Below are positions 17,157-24,392 of a DNA stretch of 41,721 bases, one piece after another. Location: assembly GCA_030621805.1 (NCBI GenBank), contig JAUXGY010000001.1, positions 1 through 41,721 on the forward strand. The letters run 5' to 3'. The DNA comes from Kiritimatiellales bacterium. Its GTDB lineage: Bacteria > Verrucomicrobiota > Kiritimatiellia > Kiritimatiellales > Pontiellaceae. Within the stretch, counting starts at the first letter, position 1. Each line of letters opens with the position of its first letter. The translations under genes were made by a program, and so were the position numbers. Under the pieces are notes generated by a model. It was not told where the DNA came from. It ran no database searches and was given only the letters and a program-made list of their open reading frames with translations.

Positions 17157-19877
17157 ATGAGACGCAAGGGAATAGACTTATCGAGAAGAAATTTTACGGG
17201 CGGTTCGGTATCTGGTGCTGCAGCATTGGGGCTGGGCGGTCAGATCTTCGCCCCCACTGACATCCTGGCGGAAGCGCAAGGCGGCGGGAAGATTAAGACC
17301 TGTTTGGCGCAATGCCCGTATTGCGGTGTCGGCTGCGGTTCCGTGATTAAGTATGAGGCCGACTCCGGCCGCATTCTCGGTTGTGTGCCCGATAAACAGC
17401 ATCCGACCAATAAGGGAGTGCAGTGCATCAAGGGCTTGAATGCCGACGAACCGGTCTACATTGACCGCCTCACGAAAGTGCTCGTTCGCAAGGATATGAG
17501 CGACCCGATGACGGGTCACGTCTCCAAGACCAAGGGAAGCTTTAATCCGGACGATTTCTATGAAACGACCTACGAGGAAGCGGAGCATATCGTCGCGGAA
17601 AAGCTGGGCCAGATTTATAAGAAAGACGGCGGCAATTCCATCGGCCTCTATGGCTCCGGACAGCTGACGGTTGAAGCCCAGTGGATTGAAAACAAGTTTA
17701 TGAAGGGCGTGCTTGGCTCCAACTCCATCGAAGCCAATGCGCGCATGTGTATGACCTCGGCGGTGACGGCCTATTTTGCGACGCTTGGCTCCGACACTCC
17801 GCCGCTGTGCTACGACGATATTGAGCTTTCCGACATGATTACCTTCTGGGGCCACAACCCGCGCGGTGCGCATACCATCGTCTTTTGGCGCGCGGCTGAC
17901 CACAAGGCGAAGAAGGGCATCCCGACCGTGATTTCCGACCCGCGTCGCACCGGTAGTGTTCAGGCATTGGAGTCGATCAACCCCGAAAACTCGCACCATA
18001 TCCAAACCATCAACGGCGATATTTCGGTGCTCAACGCCATCGCGCACTGCATCCTGACAGAGCACGAGGACATTGTTGAATATGACTTCCTCAAAGAAAA
18101 CACCGTCAACTCGGAAGACTATATCAAGATGTGCCGCGAGGAATATTCCCCCGAGCAAGTCACGGAACTGACGGGTGTGGAGCCGCAACTCATCCGCGAT
18201 ATCGCCGACGACTGGGCAAACGCTACCCGCAAGGGAAAGCGTCGCGGCAAGGGCGGGGTGATCTCCTTCTGGGGCATCGGCTACAACCAGCACATCCACG
18301 GACAGCATAATGTGATTTCGGTAATCAACCTGCACGCGCTGACCGGCAATCTGGGCCGTCCGGGCGCAGGGCCTTTCTCGATGACCGGCCAGCCGAATGC
18401 GATGGGCGAACGCCTGATGGGCGGACTGACCGGCCGCCTGCCGTTCAACCAGGGCATCAAAGGATCGAAGGGGCTGAACCTCAAAGGAATCGAAACGATT
18501 TCCAAGGCGTGGAACTGCTCGCCCGACAAGTTGGTGCAATCGGCCAACGCGAAGAATCCCGGCATGATGGTGGGCTTGTTCGAACGGGCCATCATGGATG
18601 AGGAGACGCTGAAGCGTAACGAACTCGATCCCGTGAAGGCGATGGTCTATTGCTACACCACCCACGTCCATCAGCCCGACCTCAATAACTTGGTACGCCC
18701 GGCACTCAGCAAAATGTTTGTGGTGGTGCAGGATATCTATCGGCATGCACCGAACCTGCTTTACGGCGATGTCATTTTTCCGGCGCTGACGTGGGGCGAG
18801 TGGCAGGGCGGAACCTATATTTCCTCCGAGCGCCGCTTTAATGTCGTGGATGGTGTTGGCAAGGGGATTGACGGAATGGAGCAGTGTCTGCCGGATATGG
18901 ACCTAGCCATCGATAAGGCCAAGTCGGTCGCCCATGCAATTGGAATGTCCGATGCGGAAATTCAGAAAATGTGGCCGTACAAGAAAAAGAAATTCCACCC
19001 GAATGGGCCGGAGCTGTACGACGCGGAAGAGGTGTTTGAGGAGATCGTGAAAGCGTCGAAAGGCTCCGACTGCGATATGACCGGCATGCTGGAAGTACGC
19101 GAGCGCGACGGCATCGGTTTATACGATCAGCTGCGGCAGTTGCGCGGTATACAGTGGCCGGCACCGACCTATGCTCATGCGAAAGCTGGAGGAACACCGC
19201 GCCGGTTCATGGGGCAGGAGCAGTGGGGCAATAAACCCTACGGCAACTTCCGCCGTCCCGATGGCAAGATGGCCTTCAAGCCGTGTCGTCAGGACTACAA
19301 TGGGAAAGAGGAGGTCCATGCCGCGCTCAGCAAGATCGGTACCGATCCGACGGTCTTTGCCTCCGACAACAAGGAACTGCTGGTTAAGGCGCGCGACATG
19401 GGGCTGACGCCGGAATGGCCGGACAAGGAGCACCTAGGCAAGAAATGGGATGAAGTACCGAAAGACAAATATCCCTTCTGGTTGGGGCTCGGAATCGTGT
19501 ATGAGCATTTTCACACGGCCAAGACCATTCGCGGCGCAACCACGCGGCGGCTGGTGCCGGAGCAATATCTTGAAATGCACGAGCTCGATGCCAAAGAACT
19601 CGGCGTTGAAGATGGCGACATGGTGAAGATCACGACTCGGCGCGGGAGCTACCAAGGCCGCGTCTCGGTCGGTGGCATCCGCTCCAAGGTGAAACCGGCG
19701 CGTAATGAAGTTCCGCGCGGCTATGTATTCAGTCCGTGGAACCTTTCCGTGGCCGACTCGGCTGATCCAAAGCACAACAAGTGGCTCGTGAATGCGACCA
19801 GCCATCGGGCCTACGATCCGGTTTCGGGTCAGGTCGATTTCAAGAAGCTGGCAGCTCGGATTGAGCGGTTGTCGTAA
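17157..19877 (+). CDS. Divergent Tat-exported Mo/W-bisPGD oxidoreductase of the Nap/Nas family, substrate uncertain
   Basis: SRRNF Tat motif; CPYCGVGC...CIKG [4Fe-4S]; NARMCMTSA Cys ligand; TGQPNAMG; C-terminal molybdopterin dinucleotide-binding domain; AGGAG RBS. Confidence 0.9.
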   Translation: MRRKGIDLSRRNFTGGSVSGAAALGLGGQIFAPTDILAEAQGGGKIKTCLAQCPYCGVGCGSVIKYEADSGRILGCVPDKQHPTNKGVQCIKGLNADEPVYIDRLTKVLVRKDMSDPMTGHVSKTKGSFNPDDFYETTYEEAEHIVAEKLGQIYKKDGGNSIGLYGSGQLTVEAQWIENKFMKGVLGSNSIEANARMCMTSAVTAYFATLGSDTPPLCYDDIELSDMITFWGHNPRGAHTIVFWRAADHKAKKGIPTVISDPRRTGSVQALESINPENSHHIQTINGDISVLNAIAHCILTEHEDIVEYDFLKENTVNSEDYIKMCREEYSPEQVTELTGVEPQLIRDIADDWANATRKGKRRGKGGVISFWGIGYNQHIHGQHNVISVINLHALTGNLGRPGAGPFSMTGQPNAMGERLMGGLTGRLPFNQGIKGSKGLNLKGIETISKAWNCSPDKLVQSANAKNPGMMVGLFERAIMDEETLKRNELDPVKAMVYCYTTHVHQPDLNNLVRPALSKMFVVVQDIYRHAPNLLYGDVIFPALTWGEWQGGTYISSERRFNVVDGVGKGIDGMEQCLPDMDLAIDKAKSVAHAIGMSDAEIQKMWPYKKKKFHPNGPELYDAEEVFEEIVKASKGSDCDMTGMLEVRERDGIGLYDQLRQLRGIQWPAPTYAHAKAGGTPRRFMGQEQWGNKPYGNFRRPDGKMAFKPCRQDYNGKEEVHAALSKIGTDPTVFASDNKELLVKARDMGLTPEWPDKEHLGKKWDEVPKDKYPFWLGLGIVYEHFHTAKTIRGATTRRLVPEQYLEMHELDAKELGVEDGDMVKITTRRGSYQGRVSVGGIRSKVKPARNEVPRGYVFSPWNLSVADSADPKHNKWLVNATSHRAYDPVSGQVDFKKLAARIERLS

Positions 19878-19888
19878 CGGTAAAAATA

Positions 19889-20491
19889 ATGGGTAAAAAA
19901 AGCAGACGTTTATTTTTCGAGGCCGGGGCAGTTGCCGGAGCATCCGCCTTGGTGGGGGGTGTGCTGGCAGGCAACAAGTCCGATGCCATTGCCCGCTCGG
20001 GGAAGCTCCAGACGGCGGTGGTGCGCCCGCCGGGTGCACTGCCGGAGGAGGAGTTTATTGCCAGCTGCATCGGTTGCAAGCAGTGCGCGGAAGTGTGCTC
20101 GAACGGCTGTATTCAGTTTAGCCGTTGGGATCACGCGCCGGGAACTCCGTATCTCAAAACGCGCGAGCAACCCTGCATCCTTTGCATGAAATGTACGCAG
20201 GTTTGCCCGACGGGTGCGCTCAAGTCCGTGCCGTCGGATTCGGTGGCGGACATTCAGGCCAACGTGAAAATGGGTATTGCTAAGGTGGATGAAAACATCT
20301 GCAACTCATACAATGGCTATGTCTGCGGAGCCTGTGTCTTTGCCTGTCCGTTTTCGGGAACGGCTTTGAAGGCACTGGTCTGGGAGCAACCGATTGTCGA
20401 TCCCGACTACTGCGTCGGGTGCGGCCTATGCGAGAAGGCCTGCATCGTCTATCCCCAAGCCATTCGCGTCGTCCCCATCTCTGTGATATGA
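19889..20491 (+). CDS. napG: NapG/MauM-type periplasmic polyferredoxin
   Basis: SRRLFF Tat motif, VRPPGALPEEEF..CIGCKQCAEVC and further Cys clusters. Confidence 0.88.
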   Translation: MGKKSRRLFFEAGAVAGASALVGGVLAGNKSDAIARSGKLQTAVVRPPGALPEEEFIASCIGCKQCAEVCSNGCIQFSRWDHAPGTPYLKTREQPCILCMKCTQVCPTGALKSVPSDSVADIQANVKMGIAKVDENICNSYNGYVCGACVFACPFSGTALKALVWEQPIVDPDYCVGCGLCEKACIVYPQAIRVVPISVI

Positions 20492-21393
20492 AGCCAAAAA
20501 TTTCCATCCTCCGAATCGTGCTCCGCCTGTTGATTCTCGCGCTATTTTTTGTCATTGCGGGAATCAATCACTATTCCACTGTGAAGGCACAGCAGGGAGG
20601 GCAAGAGGTGATTAAGGACTCGGCGATGTTAAGCGCAATCGACAAGCTCTACGGTTCATCCCCACACCGTCCAATCTACGAACATGTGGCAGGCGGCGGG
20701 CTGTGGTCGTTCCAGATCAAGGGGTTTCGGGTGAGCGATCCGCTGGCGGTCGTGAGTGATATTGCCGCATCAAAGACGCTACATAAGCTGATGCTGATTT
20801 CGCTCATCATTCCACTGGTTGGAACGCTATTGCTGGGGCGCGTGTTTTGCAGTTGGATCTGTCCGATGGGTCTATTCGGTGATCTGCTGTTATGGGTTCG
20901 CAGACTGATTGGAAAGGTCGGGTTTAGTTTCTTTAATTTGCCCGTCAGCCGCCGGATTAAGTATTGGGTGCTAGGTTTCGGAACCCTCGTTTCTTTGGTG
21001 GTCTCGATCCAGTTTTTCTACCTTTTCTATCCGCCACGCATGATTTCCGACTGGGCACGCGATGGATGGACCAGCACGATTTCCGGCGTTGACCTTGTGG
21101 TTTTCGGAACCATTCTTTTCTTTGAACTCCTCCTGTGTCAGCGGCTCTGGTGCAAATGCCTCTGCCCCGGCGGCGCGCTCTATTCCCTGCTCAGCAAGTG
21201 GCGGATATTGCGCATCAATCGCGATGTCCATGCCTGCACGGCATGCGGCAAGTGCGACGACGCCTGTCCCTACGACCTTGAACCCGGCTCGCTTCCGCTC
21301 GGCGGCGAATGCGACAACTGCGGATTATGTGTGCAAGCCTGTGGTGACGATGCGATACATTATCGCCTTCAAACTGGCGGAGAAAAATCATGA
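20488..21393 (+). CDS. napH: NapH/MauN-type membrane quinol dehydrogenase component
   Basis: SDPLA, GRVFCSWICPMG, WCKCLCPGGALY and two C-terminal ferredoxin motifs; ATGA overlap with napG. Confidence 0.88.
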   Translation: MKPKISILRIVLRLLILALFFVIAGINHYSTVKAQQGGQEVIKDSAMLSAIDKLYGSSPHRPIYEHVAGGGLWSFQIKGFRVSDPLAVVSDIAASKTLHKLMLISLIIPLVGTLLLGRVFCSWICPMGLFGDLLLWVRRLIGKVGFSFFNLPVSRRIKYWVLGFGTLVSLVVSIQFFYLFYPPRMISDWARDGWTSTISGVDLVVFGTILFFELLLCQRLWCKCLCPGGALYSLLSKWRILRINRDVHACTACGKCDDACPYDLEPGSLPLGGECDNCGLCVQACGDDAIHYRLQTGGEKS

Positions 21394-22052
21394 TCGGGAA
21401 AAGGGTTGGCAGAAAAATTGAAGGGCAGAAAAATTGCCATGGCCTCGGTGTTTTTAATCATTCTGCCACAAAATCATTCTGCCTGAATTCTCGACAGCGA
21501 AGCCGCATTGGAAATTATTTTATTTTATTCATTCTGTTAAATTTTCTATTGTTGGTTTTCTCGGCCTCGGCCCACCACATCCGCGGTATCCCACACTACA
21601 GCTATCAGGAAAACTATCCGCAGGCTCCTGCGTTCGAAGAATTTCGTGAATCCGGACCGTGGGAACTCCAGTTTACCTATTGGCAGATTCCTTCACAGCC
21701 CGCGCTCGATCTCGCCCTTTATGTAAAACGGCGCGATACAGGGAAACCCTATTCCGACGCGGTAACGATCCAGGTTTTCCAGCAGGGCGAGGACGAAGCC
21801 AACGATCTCAATCATCCCGTCAACGCCTACGCCAATCCGCGGAATATCTATAAGGTGGGGTGGGTCTATGAAGAGGCGGGAATGTATGTCGTGAAGGTTG
21901 ATTTGGGCGAAGGCGATGAGCAGATTTCCGAACGCTTTACCCTTCAGGTCGGCACCGTTCCTCCCAACTACTGGTTCCTCGGAGGTGCGGTGGTTGCCGT
22001 CGTTGGCCTAATGGCTGCCGTGGCCATCATTAAAAAACGAAGTGAGGGCTAA
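21390..22052 (+). CDS. Hypothetical exported protein with C-terminal membrane anchor
   Basis: Hydrophobic signal ending ASA, then HHIRGIPHY; C-terminal TM followed by KKR; ATGA overlap with napH and GGAG RBS. Confidence 0.8.
   Translation: MIGKRVGRKIEGQKNCHGLGVFNHSATKSFCLNSRQRSRIGNYFILFILLNFLLLVFSASAHHIRGIPHYSYQENYPQAPAFEEFRESGPWELQFTYWQIPSQPALDLALYVKRRDTGKPYSDAVTIQVFQQGEDEANDLNHPVNAYANPRNIYKVGWVYEEAGMYVVKVDLGEGDEQISERFTLQVGTVPPNYWFLGGAVVAVVGLMAAVAIIKKRSEG
21408..21483. repeat. MITE-like palindrome inside the 5' end of the 21390 ORF
   Basis: GGCAGAAAAATT at 21408 and 21424; AATCATTCTGCC at 21456 and 21472. Confidence 0.85.
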
Positions 22053-22074
22053 ACGGTGTGCAGCAGAAGGAATC

Positions 22075-22152
22075 GGCAGAATGATTGGGTGGCAGACTTA
22101 TTTAAAACCCCTATAGTCCTGAAAAATTATTCTGTCACCCAATTATTCTGCC
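22075..22152. repeat. MITE-like palindrome, complete copy
   Basis: GGCAGAATGATT-GGGT-GGCAGACTTATT ... AATTATTCTGTC-ACCC-AATTATTCTGCC. Confidence 0.85.
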
Positions 22153-22194
22153 TACCATTTCACGGGTGACGGAACGCATAGTGGAAGAAACGAA

Positions 22195-23982
22195 ATGAAA
22201 TACTATCTGGCCATTCTGTTGTTGCTCGCGGTTCCTGTGGTTGGAACGGCGCAGGAAACCGCCGATGTAATATGCACGCAATGCGGTATGGTCAACTGCA
22301 CCATGCCATGCTGTGCCGACGCAAACCGCGCAGTCGATACGCCGGTTAATGGGGTGATCTGCGAGATCTGCGGCATGGTCAACTGCAAGATGGGCTGCAA
22401 GGCCGAGACGGTCGACTGGAAGGGCGATACGCTGATGGTGATGCCGGGACTGCCGAACTGGCTTTTCTATGCCTCCGTCATCGCCGTTCTCGTTTTCTCG
22501 TTCGTCATAGTCGAGGTGCTCGGCCGCCGCTCCAAACAGCAACCGCTCTGGCGCTATAACTTGTTCCACCTCCGTCCCATGAAGGCGCTGTTCAAGAGCC
22601 GCTTTTTCCCCGGACTCTTCCAAATGATTGTGACGATCTTCTTCCTATTTCTCGTCTATGCCGGACTCTACGGCCACCAAGTCATTAACATTACCCCGGC
22701 ACTGGTCTGGACCATCTGGTGGGCGGGGCTCATCTTTATCATCCTATTTTTCGGTAAGGCGTGGTGCACCATCTGCCCATGGGATTTCATGGCCACCGCG
22801 CTTTCCTCTCTCCGGCTGTGGGGCGTCGGAGATCGCCCACTGACGCTCGGCCTTAAATGGCCGCGATGGATGCGCAACATTTATCCCGCCATCGGACTCT
22901 TCATTATCCTCACCTGGCTGGAGCTGGGATATCACGTAACCACCTCGCCAAAAATGACCGCCTACATGGCCATCGGCATGCTCCTGCTTGCCATCATTCC
23001 CGCCTTCATTTTTGACCGCAAAGGCTTCTGCCGCTACGGTTGTTTTGTCGGCCGCATCTCCGGTCTCTATGCCAACTTTTCGCCCATCGAAGTCCGCTCC
23101 GCCGACAAGTCGGTCTGCGCCGGATGTAAAACCAAGGACTGCTATCGCGGCAACGAAAACGGCAACCCATGCCCAACCTTCCTCAACCTCGCCATGCTCG
23201 AAGACAACACCTACTGCATCATGTGTGGCGACTGTGTGAAATCCTGCCCGCACGACAACGTCGCGCTCAACGTCCGCCCCTTCGCGAGCGACCTGTTTAG
23301 TTATAATCAGCCACGCAAGGACGAGGCCTACCTCGCGCTCATCCTCCTATCGCTCACCAGCTTCCACGGGTTGACCATGACGCCCATCTGGGAAAACCCC
23401 GAGCAACCCGCCGGCACCATCATCGGCTGGATCAGCTCGCTTCTTGGAACCGGCCACCTTGGGTCGTTCACCATCGGCATGAGTGCCATTCTTGCCATTC
23501 CGATTATTGTCTACTGGCTCTTTTGCCTTACCGCACGCAGCATTGCGCAGCAATGGGGGAACGAAGTTCAACGCAGCATTCCGCTCTCGAAAATCTTCAT
23601 CGCCTTCGCCTATTCCGTCCTGCCCATCGCGCTCTGCTACCACGTTGCGCACAACGGCATGCACCTCTTCATGGAAGGGCAGAATGTACTCACGCTGATC
23701 TCCGATCCGATGGGCCGTGGTTGGGATCTATTCGGAACCGCCACCAAAACCTACCCGCCCATCCTCGGCGCCATGACCGTCTGGATTCTGCAAGTCATCT
23801 TGGTCGTGATTGGCCACATCTACGGCATCATCATTTCCCAGCGCACCGCCGAAAAGTTATTTGGAAAAGACCGCGTCGCCACCTGGGTTCAGCTACCGTT
23901 GCTACTCGCCATGATCCTCTTCTCCTTCATCTCCCTCTGGATCATGCACCTCGACATGAACATGCGCGGCACGCTCATGTAG
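22195..23982 (+). CDS. Polytopic membrane 4Fe-4S protein (NapH/CcoG/NosR-like core) with Cys-rich exported N-terminus
   Basis: GKAWCTICPW, FCRYGCFVG, CAGCKTKDC..CP and CIMCGDCVKSCP motifs; many TM segments; SDPMGRGWDLFGTA. Confidence 0.88.
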   Translation: MKYYLAILLLLAVPVVGTAQETADVICTQCGMVNCTMPCCADANRAVDTPVNGVICEICGMVNCKMGCKAETVDWKGDTLMVMPGLPNWLFYASVIAVLVFSFVIVEVLGRRSKQQPLWRYNLFHLRPMKALFKSRFFPGLFQMIVTIFFLFLVYAGLYGHQVINITPALVWTIWWAGLIFIILFFGKAWCTICPWDFMATALSSLRLWGVGDRPLTLGLKWPRWMRNIYPAIGLFIILTWLELGYHVTTSPKMTAYMAIGMLLLAIIPAFIFDRKGFCRYGCFVGRISGLYANFSPIEVRSADKSVCAGCKTKDCYRGNENGNPCPTFLNLAMLEDNTYCIMCGDCVKSCPHDNVALNVRPFASDLFSYNQPRKDEAYLALILLSLTSFHGLTMTPIWENPEQPAGTIIGWISSLLGTGHLGSFTIGMSAILAIPIIVYWLFCLTARSIAQQWGNEVQRSIPLSKIFIAFAYSVLPIALCYHVAHNGMHLFMEGQNVLTLISDPMGRGWDLFGTATKTYPPILGAMTVWILQVILVVIGHIYGIIISQRTAEKLFGKDRVATWVQLPLLLAMILFSFISLWIMHLDMNMRGTLM

Positions 23983-24149
23983 AAACCCGTTAGTGGAGAG
24001 GCAGAGGCCTGTGTCCTCTTTTCTAGATTTCGTATAAAGATGCTCAGTTTTGTCATCTTTACTTGCTCCTTGCTTGGTATTGGTGTTCACATCCCCCAAT
24101 TCGTGTAGCATGTCTGCCTGTTTTTATTTGAATCTAATGAGGTATCTGA

Positions 24150-24392
24150 ATGCCTGTTTGTAGTTATGTAGTGAATTCCGTGGAAGGAAAGTTTGATGAA
24201 CTGATGGAGGAACTTTCTGAAAAACCGGGGTGCGAGGCCTATCCGTCCGATGGGCGCGAGGTGATCGTGCTGGTCACCGATACCCCCACGAAGGAAGCGG
24301 ATAAGAAGCTTTATAAGGAATTAAAGGATCATGACAAAATCAGCTGCATCGCGATTAGCTTTGCGGACATACCAGAAGGGGAGGATGACTAA
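24150..24392 (+). CDS. napD: NapD chaperone
   Basis: 80 aa; MPVCSYVV...IVLVTD pattern; stop overlaps the napA start (TAATG). Confidence 0.8.
   Translation: MPVCSYVVNSVEGKFDELMEELSEKPGCEAYPSDGREVIVLVTDTPTKEADKKLYKELKDHDKISCIAISFADIPEGEDD

Noticed and set aside
17178-18746. 522-aa minus-strand ORF (likewise 25427-26722)
   Set aside because: Antisense shadows of the two molybdoenzyme genes.
12529-19877. Arsenite oxidase (AioAB) or iodate reductase (IdrAB), suggested by a Rieske gene near a molybdoenzyme
   Set aside because: The Rieske gene is coupled to cytochrome b. The molybdoenzyme has its own Tat signal, a four-Cys cluster motif and a Cys metal ligand (NARMCM), unlike AioA/IdrA.
17157-19877. 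Formate dehydrogenase or selenoprotein
   Set aside because: The ligand is followed by Met (CM), not His as in Fdh (C/U-H), and there is no in-frame TGA.
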